Shown in pieces: positions 27,675-40,954 of a stretch of 64,000 bases of DNA. The stretch's first letter is position 1; every line of letters begins with the position of its first letter. Made by a program: the position numbers and the translations under genes. The notes under the pieces were generated by a model. It made no database searches, was not told the origin of the DNA, and worked only from the letters and a program-made list of their open reading frames with translations. Source of the DNA: Chiloscyllium plagiosum (lineage: Eukaryota); contig NC_057711.1 in the NCBI RefSeq assembly GCF_004010195.1, positions 63,938,090-64,002,089 of the forward strand, given 5' to 3'.

Positions 27675-28911
27675 CTTAATTAAAAATGAATAGAAGCACA
27701 TTTAATTATATTTTCAAAGGTTTCTCTGATCACAAATCTAATGTTGCAGGTCAAAAAAAGATACATACAATTAAAGAACTTTTGAATCAAACCAAAACAG
27801 TTGTTTTTGTATGGTTTGCACACCCTCACCCTGAATCCATTCCTGATTGGTAAATCTGACCTTCTTCTAGACAAAGTCCAACTACAGTAATTCAAATGTT
27901 CTGATGCATCATGTCATTATAGATCCCTTTATATTACAATACTAGTAATGCCAGGTCATGTACCTTAAAATGAAAGAAACCAGATTTTGTGATGTCCCAC
28001 TATGCTATGAAATTCACTTCTGAACAAAAGCTACAAGGAAACTGAGTGGGAGGAGAGAATAATAGCATTTTTTTTTCTAGTTTTTCATAAAATATAAAGA
28101 ACAGATTGACATGCTGTTTTTTTTTGCAAATTGAAATTTATTGAGCTTGGAATATTTTTCAGCTTATATTTTAACAGATAGTTTAAAGCACAACAAGCAC
28201 CATTTATTAACATTGGACCCATTAACATTTGGGCAAGTGAAAGATGGCGGATACAAATGCAAATTTCTTTATCAAGTTTTCTGTCCCAGCAGCGAATGAA
28301 GGTATTAAAACAGTGGTGAGTTGGAGCATGTGGGACGGATTCAAATTTCCTCAAAGATAATATCTTACAAGACTCAGTAACAGAAGAGGAGGACGACGAC
28401 AGTGGAGAGGGTTCCTTTATCATCTCAAATTGCTCCCAGCTTTACATTGCAAATTACTAATATTTTAATCGTAACTTTATAACTTGTTCTCTTGAACCAA
28501 CCTAAATTTATAAATTTATAAATGTGCTGTTGGTGTTTTGCCATAGTTCAGTGAAGATAAACAATGACAATAAAGGGTTCAGATAGCTAATTCCTGCTAT
28601 AGCCACTCTTCCTTAAACTCCGAAATCCTAGTAAGTGATAAAGTAGCACCAGAGCTCAATGCAGACACCCAAATTCATTTTTACACTTGTAAGTGTAAGT
28701 TTTTTCTGCATAGATATTAAAAATAAGTTCACAGATCATGATTAAAAAAAGTGCAGTCAGTTCAAGTCTGAAATCTCAGATTCAAAGATTCAGTTTTAAT
28801 TTTCATTGCTTCTGAATTTTACTTTGCTTTTTCAGCATTAACAAATACAGCAACTCAGTCGAAGGTCTGAATTGTTATGGTGCTGAGAAATTTAGATATA
28901 CAAGAACTTAC

Positions 28912-28987
28912 ATCTGCCTTTGTTCTTCTTTAAAGATACTGATTGCGTTTTCAACTTCTTCCATGATTTCCTTCAACTTCTCTATAA
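28912..28987 (-). CDS. CCDC112: CCDC112 coding exon 5
   Basis: cag|TT IEKLKEIMEEVENAISIFKEEQRQ AT|gtaagt, 76 nt. Confidence 0.93.
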
Positions 28988-29667
28988 CTGAGGGCATTAC
29001 ATTTATTAAAGCATTAGTAAATATATGTTACATATATCTCATCGCTGTATAAATCAAATAGTTGTAAAGATGATAGATCTAAAACTATTCAAGCAAATAA
29101 GCATTAGAGGAAATAATACATTTGTACTGCTATGAAATCAGTAATACTAAAATGAAGCTGACCGTCTCCAAGTCAGAAAGGGATAAAATGATGAAGAATC
29201 ATCGCAAAGTCACCATCACTCACCACCTAAAAGCTACAAAGGAGCTTTGTGAACCATAATAACAGAATAAATATATCTTAAATTTCACAGAACTTTGGTA
29301 GTCAAAATGACATGCATTTATTAGAAATTCAGGACTACCAGAGATCATAGATTGGTTTCAGAACTATCTGTGAAGCAGTTTGAGGTTTTGACATTCATGG
29401 CAGTTGTTTTTGTATTGGTGTGTAATTGCATAATCCACTGTGATATGGCTTATAAATTTATGCACAATTAATTCTTCAAATTCACTATCGGTAGACAATG
29501 TGAACATTTAGCAAAATGAAGATTGATATGGATTGTTGAATTGCTTTACTTAACATCACACAAAGTTGTTCAAGTCATTGAGTTGCTTCTCAACTATAAA
29601 TAATTGTCTCTCTGAATTGTTGTCCACAGACCAGAGGATCTCTTTCCCTGCAGTCTCCTGAATTCAT

Positions 29668-29808
29668 TGAGGAGAAAGTGAGGTCTGCAGATGCTGGAGA
29701 TCAGAGCTGAAAATGTGTTGCTGGAAAAGCGCAGCAAGTCAGGCAGCATCCAGGGAACAGGAGAATCGACGTTTCGGGCATAAGCCCTTCTTCAGGAATG
29801 TCCAGAAC
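29668..29808 (-). mobile_element. Hammerhead-family A insertion in CCDC112 intron 4 (sense)
   Basis: 15-bp TSD GTCTCCTGAATTCAT (29653-29667 / 29809-29823); intact core at 29764-29799. Confidence 0.85.
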
Positions 29809-30609
29809 GTCTCCTGAATTCATCTGAGCCTGCCGTTCAGAGCCAGCTCAATCCTACAACATTTTTTGTGCCAAAAACATAACAACCCTTTTCTCACCTA
29901 AAGTAAAATTTTCACAGATAAATCAACATAACAAGAATGTTTCTGAAAACTGAGATGTTAATAAATTGCTTATTCTTAAATGCCTGAAGAATCCAACATT
30001 TATCATGGTTTGGCAAAACACCCATTAGAAAAATATTTTCTTTTCAATAAAGGAATATCAAAAGTAATTAAGAATTTAACCTTTTAAGGAGGGAGGTTAT
30101 GCTGGAACCGTATAAAATGCTGGTTTGGCCGCAACTGGAGTACTAGGCAAAAGTTCTGGTCACCACATTATCGGAAGGATGTGATCTTACTAGAGAAGGT
30201 GCAGAAAGCGAGAGATTTACCAGGTTGATCCCTGGTTCTGGTGGGTCTGAGTTGTAAGGAAAGATTATATTTGCTGGGCCTGTTTGTGTTGGAGTTGTGA
30301 AGGTTGAGATAGAAATGGGGTGGATAGAAAGGCGCTTTTTCCAGTAGTGCAGGGGTCAATGAACAGGGGACATAGATTTAAACTAAGAGGTAGAAGATTA
30401 AGAGTCAAGTTGAGAAATCTTTTCACCCAGAGGATGTTAGGAATCTGGAACTCATTGCCTGATTGAGTTTTGAAAGATTTAAACAATATTTAGATATTCA
30501 CTCCATAGCTATGAGCGAAGAGCTGGAATGTGGGATTAGTGTAGTCAGACCTTTGTTGATCGGACCAGGTATGCGCCAGATTCTGTGCTGCTATTCTTTA
30601 AGAATGTTT

Positions 30610-31390
30610 GCGATTTTTGAGAAGATTTGTAGTTCAGGTTGTAAGTTTGCTCACTGAGCTGGAAGGTTTGTTTTCAGATGTTTTGTCGTCATGCTAGGTA
30701 ACATCATCAGTGAGCCTCCGGTGAAGTGCTGGTGTTATGTCCTGCTTTCTATTTATGTGTCTTGATTTCTTAAGATGGGTGATATCATTTCCGGTTCTTT
30801 TTCTCAGAGGATGGTAGATGGGGTCCAAATCGATGTGTTTATTAATAGAATTCCAGTTAGAATGCCAGGCCTCTAGAAATTCCTGTGTGTGTCTGTTTAG
30901 CTTGTCCAATGATGGCTGTGTTGTCCTAGTCAAAGTGGTGTTCATCCTCGTCTGTGGGTAAAGATACTAGTGATAGTGGGTCATGTCTTTTGGTGGCTAG
31001 TTGGTTTTCATGTATCCTTGTGGCTAGTTTTCTGCCTATGTGTCCAATGTAGTGTTTGTTATAGTTCTTGCAAGGTATTCATTTTGCTGGTTGTTTGTAA
31101 AGGGTCCTTTTGGTTCATTAGCTGCTATTTAAGTGTGTTGGTAGGTTTGTGAGCTACCATGATGCCAAGGGGTCTGAGTAGCCTGGAAGTCATTTCAGAG
31201 ATGTCTTTGATGTAAGGTATTGTGGCTAGAGTTTCTGGGTGTATTGTGTCTATTCCTTTGGTTTTGTTGTTGAGAAATCAGCGGACTGTGTTTATTGGGT
31301 TCTTCCTAAATACACTGTATAGGTATTTTTCTTTAGCTGTTCAGGGTTCCTGGGTACTGCAGTGTGTTGTGGCTATTGAAATAATGTCCT
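30610..31390 (-). mobile_element. Penelope-like element 3' part (GIY-YIG endonuclease and terminal repeat)
   Basis: Minus strand HYIGHIGRKLATRIHENQLATKRHD and EFLEAWHS..SINKHIDLDPIY; degenerate hammerhead at ~30670-30715. Confidence 0.8.
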
Positions 31391-31409
31391 GATGGAGCTC
31401 CATTTGTGG

Positions 31410-32040
31410 GTATTGGGATGATTGCTTCCATTGGGATACCAATACTAAGCAGGAAAAAGGAAGGGAACAGACTCAACACACAGGAAAGGAAAGCCCTAGA
31501 AAAACTCAAAAAAGGCAAAACCATTGTAATCCTACCTGCAGACAAAGGCGCGTGACCATCATTCTAAACAGAATGGAGTACATTGAAAAAGCGAACTCAC
31601 TGCTTGCAGATACTGACACTTAGCAACAGGTGGCAATAGATCTGACCCCACAACTAGAAAACTGTATCAAGTCCACACTGAAAAGGCTTTAGAAATCAAG
31701 ACAATTAAACGAGACAGACTTCCAAAAAATGACACCGGATGGATACAACACACCCCGCTTTTACGGACTACCTAAACTACACAAACGAGGCAGCCCCCCC
31801 CTCAGATCCAAAGACTCACTACCTGGAGCACTGACATACAGACTAGTCAAGGACCCCAGCTACCATCCTCTGACAAAAAGAACCGGAAATAATATCACCC
31901 ACCTTAAGAAACCAAGAGACATAAATAGAAAGCAAAACATAATACCAGCACTTCACCAGAGGCTCACTGATGATGATACCTAGTATGGTGACGAAACATT
32001 TGAAAACAAACCTTCCAGCTCAGTGAGCAAACTTTCAACT
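31410..32040 (+). mobile_element. Penelope-like RT N-terminal fragment joined to an inverted terminal repeat
   Basis: TIVILPADKG and PRFYGLPKLHK are Penelope RT motifs; 31850-32040 is the reverse complement of ~30635-30826. Confidence 0.8.
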
Positions 32041-32534
32041 GGAATTGTTTAAGAGTCTTTCTGTAGAAGAAATGACCAAAATGATTCTGCAATGTTACAC
32101 CATTGCAAACACTGGACTTGGGTGAAACCTCATTAAAAGAGACAGAAGTCTGAATTAACATTCAAACTTCTCAGTACGCAGGATAAGATGAAGTACTGGA
32201 TTGATGCAGTACACTCTGGCTCTAGCTAATTTGACAGTTTATAGAAATGCAACTCTTAACGAGAATGAAGCAAAGAAAGAAATCATCATGACCAAATCAG
32301 CACTAATGTCAGTTGATCCTGATCAGTTATCTAGATTGTTGCAATACTTTCTTGCTAAAGAAATAGAAAATAAAATTTGGCTTACCTGGTCCATGCCTGT
32401 CTTTGTACTCCATAGAAACATCCAACCATTCTCCTTGTACTAAAGGCCTAAAGAATTTCTGCATAGCTTTTGATAGTATGTTATTGATTCACAATCATTG
32501 ATTCACATACATTTTATTTGCATGTTGTACATAC

Positions 32535-32624
32535 ATTCTGGAGTGGGCTTGACATCCATAAGTTGGCTCTGGAATCTCTTCACATTGTGACGTATTTTTG
32601 CAAGCCGTTGTTGAACCTTCATCT
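32535..32624 (-). CDS. CCDC112: CCDC112 coding exon 4
   Basis: cag|AG MKVQQRLAKIRHNVKRFQSQLMDVKPTPE T|gtatgt, 90 nt. Confidence 0.95.
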
Positions 32625-33283
32625 CTGTTAGAAGAAAAATTAAAACAATAAATTATGAATTAAGCTTACAACATCTTGGAAAGCACCTTTCATGTAATAA
32701 AGTCTCTCAAAGGTACTTCAGAGGAATGTTAAAAAGCAAAGTTTGAAATAAAGCCAGGTATTAGAAAATAGAAAAGCATTCAGTCTCAGAAGAGAGGTTA
32801 CCACTTAACACAAGGCATAAAAGTACAGCAGTAATAAGAAAAGAACTCCATGTAGTGCAAAATACATTTTTGGATGGCTCTGGGAGGGGAGCGGGAAAGA
32901 GAGGGGAGGGAGGCAGGGAGGATTAAAGGGGACAGGAAACTCGGAGATTTCAGGGAGAGAGGCAGAGTCCTCCACTCCTGACCCTCTCCTCCCAAATCCA
33001 CTTCTCTCCTTTCCCTCCACCTGTCCCAGGTCCTATACCCCTTGCCCTCTTTTGTAATGCTACAATCAGAGTCAACTTTCCAAACAATCAGCACCCTTCT
33101 GTCCTGATTCATGATTTGTGATCATCTGAAATTTGATATTTTTTCATTTGTTCTGGTGATTGCAAGACAAAAACCTTTTTTCAGCAATATTCAAAATATA
33201 TTTTATTGTTTGTTATATTGGGGAAAACACAAAGGTTGCTAATGACAGCAAAGGAATATCCCCATAAATTCATGAATTCTTAC

Positions 33284-33405
33284 TTTCTGTTTTCCTGTTG
33301 TTAGTCAGTTTCAGCTCCAGCTCTTCAAGTGTGCTATATTCAGCTCTAAACTCATTCCTTTTATTGAAAAGATGAGCATTCTTGTCTTTTTCTAAATTGG
33401 CTATT
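33284..33405 (-). CDS. CCDC112: CCDC112 coding exon 3
   Basis: cag|A IANLEKDKNAHLFNKRNEFRAEYSTLEELELKLTNNRKTE A|gtaag, 122 nt. Confidence 0.95.
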
Positions 33406-33790
33406 CTGGATTGGGAGGAAAAATAAAAAATGTTTAAAATTCTACTTCATTATTTGCAAAGATTTCCCAACTAACAGTGCATTTGCACTACTTCATATTA
33501 AAGTAACTAAAGATAGACATGAGTATTGTGTTTCAGACAGCTAAATTATTTATTCTACAGTTATAATCAACGTGATAATGCAAAAAGTATATTATCTCAA
33601 ACTGAAATGTTAACTGTTTTTCTCCACAAATGTTGCTTGACCTCCTGAGTAGTTCCATCATTGACTGTTTTTTTCAAACGTGAAAGGTTTGAATGCAAGT
33701 GCAACAAGTGATTAGGAAAGCTAGTAAAAACTAATCACTTGATGGGGAATTGAAACAAAAATAACAAGGTCATGCTTCAGTTATAGTGTG

Positions 33791-34549
33791 GAGAAAGTGA
33801 GGTCTGCAGATGCTGGAGATCAGAGCTGGAAATGTGTTGCTGGAAAAGCGCAGCAGGTCAGGCAGCATCCAGGGAACAGGAGAATTGACGTTTCGGGCAT
33901 AAGCCCTTCTTCAGGAATGGGGAAAGTTTGTCCAGCAGGCTAAGATAAAAGGTAGGGAGGAGGGACTTGGGAGAGGGGCGTCGGAAATGTGATAGGTGGG
34001 AAGAGGTCAAGGTGAGGGTGATAGGTCAATGTTACTTGCCTCTTGTCAGCCCAAGCCTGGACATTGTCCACATTTTGGGCATGGGCTACATCAGTGTCTG
34101 AGGAGTCATGAATGACGTTGAAGATTGTGCAGTCATCAGCAAACAGGACTGCAGAACATGGATCAGATCTGTTTGTTGTGGAATCGCTTATCTCTGCATA
34201 TCAATTGTTGCTTATTCTATTTGGCATGCAAGTAGCCCTGTTTTGTAACTTTGCCAGGCTTTACTAGCTTCGCTTATATTCCGAGTGAAGAAAAAGCAGT
34301 GGATGATATACGCTTAAGTGTTGTTGTGCTAGTCAGCTACCTTAACGCTATATATAATTCAGTCAAATCCATCAAATTCAGCACCGCCTTCCTAACCTGA
34401 GATCTTCTTCCCGACCTCTCCGCCCCCACCCCAGTCTGACCTATCACCCTCACCTTGACCTCTTTCCACCTATCACATTTCCGACGCCCCTCTCCCAAGT
34501 CCCTCCTCCCTACCTTTTATCTTAGCCTGCTGGACAAACTTTCCCCATT
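33791..34549. mobile_element. Composite family A insertion: inverted terminal segments around captured DNA
   Basis: 16-bp TSD CTTCAGTTATAGTGTG (33775-33790 / 34550-34565); ~33915-34028 is the reverse complement of ~34437-34549; unrelated middle ~34029-34375. Confidence 0.8.
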
Positions 34550-35480
34550 CTTCAGTTATAGTGTGTTGATACAATCACATCTGGAGCACAGTGTACAGTA
34601 TTGGTTTCCTTATTTAAGGGAGCAGAGAAGAGCAGGACAGATGAGGACACCAAGACAGTCAGCATCACCAAGAATAGGCGAGGGATGACCCCAAGTCAGG
34701 TAGTCAGCAGCATTGAAAGGAGTAGGTGAGGTGAGAATCTCAAGACAGGCATTCAGACAGAGAGCTAGATTCATTAGAGCTGACTGGAATTGGTTTTTGC
34801 TCTGCAACAGAGAAATGAGCTAGCTGTTGGTGAGTAAGCGGTTAAGATCTATTCCATTTTTAAATCTTAACAGGTCAGACAATTGATAAAATTACAATGA
34901 ACTGAGAGTGACAAAAAAGGTTAATCAGGAGGAAGAATTCAGAGTATCAGAGACAGTGAGGAATGTAAAAATTGATAGCAAGTGTTTCAACAGGACTTAA
35001 AAAAAACAGTAAGGACAGTGTTGGTCCTCAAGTGAGAGAATGTAGAGAACAGTAGATAATAAGGAAAAGTCAAGATGAAGTGAATATGCTCATCTTTGTT
35101 AGAGGACAGAAAAAAAATCCAGTAATAACTGCAAATCAGGAGATGGAAGAGAGGAACTTAGCAAAATTACCATCTGAAGAGAAGTACCACTAAGCAAACC
35201 AATGGAACTGCGGGTTAACAAGCCTCACATCCAAATGAACTTCATTTTAGGGTGTGAAAGCAGGTTAGTTGATGCATACCCTACATTCAGGAAAGGTTCC
35301 AACAGACTGTAAAGTATTCAATATAACCCATCTATTCAAGAAGGGAGGAAGGTAGAAAAGAGCAAGTATAGGCCAGTTACCTATTTTAGAATTGATCATG
35401 AAATTATAGCTGCATATCTTGAAAAACTCAAAGTAACTAGGAAAAGCCTGCATCATTTTGTCAAATGATAATGACATTTA

Positions 35481-36124
35481 CAGGCAGTTTCCAGGTTACG
35501 ATGGGTTCCATTCTAGAGTCTGTTCACAAGTTGATTTGTGTATAAGTTGGAACACAAAGCCACCATTTTTAAGAATCAGAAATGTGGGTGTTTAAAATTA
35601 CAACCAGATTGCATTCGTGAATTAGAAAAGATTTACAAGGACGTTGCCAGGATTGGAGGATTTGAGGTATAGGGAGAAGCTGAATAGGCTGGGGCTGTTT
35701 TCCCTGGAACGTCAGAGGCTGAGGGGTACCTTATAAAGGTTTATAAAATCATGGGGGGGCATGGAAAGTATAAACTGACAAGGTCTTTTCCCCGGAGTGG
35801 GGGAGTCCAGAACTAGAGGGCACAGGTTTAGGGTGAGAGGGGAAAGATATAAAAGGGACCTAAGAGGCAATCTTTTCATGCAGAGGGTAGTGCATGTATG
35901 GAATGAACTGCCAGAGGAGGTGGTACAATTGCAGCATTTGAAAGGCATCTGGATGGGTATATGAATAGGAAGGGTTTATAGGGATATGGGCCAAGTGCTG
36001 GCAAATGGGACTAGATTAGGTTAAGATATTTGGTCAGCATGGACGTGCTGGACTGAAGGGTCTGTCTCCATGCTGTATGTCTCTATGACTCTAAGTCGCA
36101 CATTCATAAATCTGAGACCCGCTG
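35481..36124. mobile_element. Possible Tigger-like MITE with a nested CR1 3' end (~35625-36095, +)
   Basis: TA|CAGGCAG...CCGCTG|TA degenerate termini; the inner segment is the CR1 tail ending CTCTATGACTCTA. Confidence 0.5.
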
Positions 36125-37199
36125 TAATCAATTTACTAGACCTCTTTGAAGGAGCATGTGCTATGAATAATTATGAGCATGTATGATTTATTTAAGCTGC
36201 TGCATTGAAGAAAACAAAAGCTCATGGTGTAAAGGGTACCATATCAGAATGAAGAGAAGAATAGAAAGTTGACAGAAGGTAGAGAATGTATTAAACAGTC
36301 TATAATAGGTCTCTGTCTGACAGGATGTGATGAATGGAGTCCCTCGGGATGTGTTGGAATCCTAACATTTTACAATTTACCTCAATGACATAAATGACGG
36401 AGAAGGCACAGTAGCTAAATTCACAGACAATATCAAGAAATATAGGAAAGTACATTGTAAAGGACATACAATGAAGTTGCAGATGAACAATAGATAGGTT
36501 CAGAGAGCGAACAAAAATCTGGCGGATAGAGTAAAACGTGGTGAAATGTGAATTTGGCTGGAAGAACAGAAATACATAGAATATTACTTAGATAAAAACT
36601 GCAAAATTCTGAGGTGCAAAGGGATTAAGTTACAGAAGTATGCAGGTACAGCTTGTAATCAAGAACATTAATGGAATGTTATTCTCACTCATTAGAGCAA
36701 TTGAACATATAAAGCTAGATGTTATGGTTCAGTTCTATAGGACATTGGTTAGACCTCATGACAAATATTGTGTACTGTTTTGGTCTCCTTATTGAAGGTA
36801 AGATGTAAATACATTGGAGGTGGTTTCCTAGACTGATATCTGGAAAGGGTGAGTTGCCTTATAGTTGGATAGGCTGGCCTTGCTTTTACTCAAATTTAGA
36901 AGAACGAGGAACAACTTAATTGAAGTGAATAAGATTATGAATGATCTTGCCAAGGTGAATATGGAAATGATGTTTCCTAACTGGGTAGCTCCTTGTTAGA
37001 CAGGGGAAACAAGGGTTATGGGGGAGCAGGTAGGAATATGGAATTTGAAACATAACTAGATCAGCCATTATCTTAATGAATGAAGAGCAGGATTGAGGAG
37101 TCAAATGGTCTACTTCTGCTCCTATTTCACATATTTGTGTGCTGTAAATACATAGTAAGCACTTTGGAAATGGTTTACTAGACTAATACCTGAAACAGG

Positions 37200-37297
37200 T
37201 AACCTTTCCTGAAGAAGGGCTCATGCCCGAAACGTTGATTCTCCTGCTCCTTGGATGCTGCCTGACCTGCTGCGCTTTTCCAGCAACACATTTTCAG
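37200..37297 (+). mobile_element. Hammerhead-family A short insertion
   Basis: 17-bp TSD CTAATACCTGAAACAGG (37183-37199 / 37298-37314); core CTGAAGAAGGGCTCATGCCCGAAACGTT. Confidence 0.85.
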
Positions 37298-38379
37298 CTA
37301 ATACCTGAAACAGGCAGGTTGTCTAAGGAGGAAAAGTTGGGCAAGCCAGGCTTGGTCCCAAGGGAGCTTGATAAGCTGCGTCTAGGAAAAGATGTTTCCT
37401 CTTTGACAGAAACTAGTATTTGGGGCTCTGTTTAAAAATAAACAGGTTGCTCATTTAAGACAAAGATAATGAAATTTTTCTTTCCCCTCAGAATGTCTTC
37501 GGAACTGTCTTCCTCAAAAGGTGATGGAAGGAGAGTCCTTGCTTTTCAAAGCAGGTGGCAGAAAGATTTTGATAAAGAAGGGATGAAAGGTGATCAAAAG
37601 GTAGGAAAAAAATTGGAGTAATCAGATAAGAAAAATCTTATTGAGTGGTGCAGCAAGCTTGAAAGACCCAGTAACCATTCTTGCACTGAATTCATAAGTT
37701 CATATTTCAGCTTTCCACTTATGCAGTATTTTGCAGTATTTCATTTTATTTAATTCACTTGTGGGATGTGGGCATTGCTGGCATTTGTCTGTCCTTCGTT
37801 GCCCTTGACAAGGTGTGGTCAACTGCCTTCATGAACCACTGCAGTCATGTGCTGTAGGTAGATCCACAATGTTGTCAGGGAGGGAATTGTAAGATTTTGA
37901 ACCAACAACAATAAAAGAGCAGCAATATATTTCCAACTCAGGACTGAGAGTCACTCAGAAGGGAACTTGCAGGTGGTAGCCACCCCACATATTTGCTGCT
38001 CATTATTCTGGGTAGTAATGGTCATGAATTTGAATGGTGCTATCTAAGAATCGTTCTGCAGTGCTCCTATAGAAATACATAGGAACATTATATACATATT
38101 AACTGATAGCTGTTTATTGTAGAGTTACTTAGTAAGTAAGGTAACTTTAGAAGTCAATGAAGTTTAGCTTATTTTAAAGGGTAACACCATTCTGGGAAAG
38201 GTACGCAAGGCTTTGGAATGTCATTAAGCACAGTTCTTATCTTGGTGAAATAATCTAATGTTTTACTACTTTAGTATGAAAATTTTCCCAAACCATTGAG
38301 GCAATTGCTCAACTGAGTGTCTACAACAAGGCAAGGCAGGAAAGGGATGTGCCAAAACATAATGATTAGAACTACGTCA

Positions 38380-40780
38380 GTCTGGGTCTGGAAAAGGAGT
38401 TTAGCAGAAAAGCTGGTTGAGGAACAATGGCAATTTTTAAGAAAATAGTTCATGACATGCAGCAACGATATTTCCCAGTGAAGAAGGCTTCAAGAAAGGA
38501 AATAAGCTGTCCATGGTTAATAAAGGAAGTTGAGGATAAAAAAAAGGAAGAAAACAAACATGCTGTGTGGCAGAAATTAGTGGTAAATCCAAATAATGGG
38601 AAAGTTTTAAAAGCCAACAAAAGATGACCAAAGAAAACAAAAGGGTGAAAATAAACTTTGAGGGCAAATTTGCATGTATAATAAAAACAGAAGGCAAGAA
38701 CTTATTTAAATATGTAAAAAGCAAGAGGCCTCTTAGAGAATGAGGTTAGGGAAATGATGATGGAGAATCAGATAGTACAGGAGTAGAATAAATACTGTGT
38801 CAGTTTTCATGGCAGACACCATTAACAGCAGTCCAAAACTATAAAATAATCAAAGGAACTAAAAGTGTTAAGGGGAGGGATGCAAGGAGGTAAGGAAATA
38901 AACAATAACTATCACCCAACCAAAAAAAACTAATGGGATGAAAGACTGATAAGCTTCTGATTCATCCTGGAATTTGAAAAGGAATAAATAATCTTACAAG
39001 AATCTGTATATTCTGGCAGATTCTCAGAAGAAATTAAAATTGCCAAATTGACATATTTATTTAAAAGAAGACAAAAATTTAGTAATTATAGGGCAGTCAG
39101 CTTAACAGTTGTCTTGAAATAATGTTACACTTTATTTATAAAGGCACAATGATTAGCACTGCTGCCTCACAGCGCCAAGGACCTGGGTTTAATTCCAGAC
39201 TTGGGTGACTGTCTGTGTGGAGTTTGCAGAATCTCACTGTGTCTGTGTGGGTTTCCGCCAGGTGCTCCAGTTCCTCCCACAGTCCAAAGGTTAGGTGCAT
39301 TGGCCATGATAAATTGTCTCTTAGTGTCCAGAGATGTGCAGACTAGGTGGATTAACCATGTAAATTCAGATTATGGGGCTAGGGTGGGGTGCTCTTCTGA
39401 TTGTTGGTGCTGATTCAATGGGCCAAATAGCCTCTTTCTGCACTGTAGGGATTCTACAAAAGATGTAACAACAGAGTATTTAGAAATACACAATTTGATT
39501 TAGCAGAGTCAGCATTGCTTCATGAATGGGAACTCCTGGGAGAAAGAGAAGACTGCAGATGCTGGATATCAGAATCAAAAAGCGTGGTGCTGGAAAAGCA
39601 CAGCAGGTCAGGCAGCATTCAAAGAAAGTCAATGTCTTGAGCATAAGCTCTTCATCAGGGAGGGGAAGTGCTGCCTGACAAATTTGCTAGAATTTTTTGA
39701 GGAAGGAACAAGCAAGACAGTTAAAGGAGACGTAATGGATATAAAATATTTGGATTTCTAAAACAAATTTGATAAAAATACCACATGTTAGGCTATTAAT
39801 TACAGGGCATGGTGTTGGTCACCTTGGATAGAGGGCTGGCTAACTAGTTAGAATATGGGGGGGCATTTTTAGAACAGCAATCTGTAAGTAGGAGTGCCAA
39901 AAGGATCATCGTGGGGCCACAATTACTTACAATATACACTAATAATCAGGATGAGGAAATTGAATGTTGCAGATTGACAAAAATAATTGGGAAGCCAAGT
40001 GCTGAGTATGACACAGAGAGTCTGCAGAGGGATATATACATATTACGCAAGTGGGCAACAACTTAGCAGATGAAATATAACATGGGAAAATGTGCTATTA
40101 ATCACTTTGGCAGGACAAATAGAGGAGCTAAATATTTTTAAAATAGAGAAAGACTACAAAAAGTTATGAAGAGGGATTTGGGAGACCTTGTTCATAAATG
40201 AGAAAAAGCTAGCAGATACATTCAGCAGGAAATATGGAAGACAAGTAGAACGTTGGCCTATATTTCAACGCAATTGGAGTATAAAATGGGGCGATTTTGC
40301 TAAAATAAACAAGATCGTATACTAAGCACAGCTTGAATTCTGATGATAGTTTTTGTCCCCTTATCACAAAAGGGATATATTAGCATCGGAAGCAGTCCAG
40401 AGAAGATAAACTAAGTTGATGTCAGGTGGGGGGACTGTTTTATAAGGAGAGCTTGGGCCTGTACCCATTATCATTTATTGAAACATTCAAGATTGTTAGA
40501 GACATAGACAGGGTAAGTCCTGAGAAGCTGTTTCTCCTTCTGGGAAAGTCTAGGACTAGAGTCAGAATAAGGTTACACATTTTGACAAAGATTAAGGAAT
40601 TTCTTCCTTCAGACAGTAGTGAATCTGAGGATTCTTTACCACAGAGGGCTGTTGAAGTTCAGTCAATAAGTATATTCAAGGCTAAGATGGACACATTTTT
40701 AATCAGTAAAGGAACAAGGAGAACAAGGCAAACAAATGGAGTTAAAGGTGATTAGATCAGCCACGATTTCATTGAGTTTC
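38380..40780 (+). mobile_element. Long decayed CR1 ORF2 remnant with nested SINE and family A copy
   Basis: CCLTNLLEFFEE..DIKYLDF and later CR1 motifs in colinear order; interrupted at 39145-39455 and ~39538-39660. Confidence 0.7.
39145..39455 (+). mobile_element. tRNA-derived V-SINE (HE1-like)
   Basis: TTAGCACTGCTGCCTCACAGCGCC..GGGTTTAATTCC head and V-domain GTGGAGTTTGCA..GGGTTTCC..CTCCCACAGTCCAAAG. Confidence 0.85.
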
Positions 40781-40954
40781 CTAGTTATTTTCATTCATTT
40801 TATGAGAGGTGAAGTTAGAAGGATAGCTTTCAGCCAGCACATACACTGCGGGCCGAAAGGCTCTATTTATGGTCATGGCTTTTGAACAGCACAGCGCAGC
40901 ACTGTGTGCCAGGCTGGAGGTGAAGGTGAAGGTGAAGGAGTTACTGACACTCAC

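Noticed and set aside
34200-34300. Candidate for CCDC112 exon 2
   Set aside because: Resembles LINE sequence inside a TSD-bounded insertion; a phase-compatible exon 2 was found at 40955-41079.
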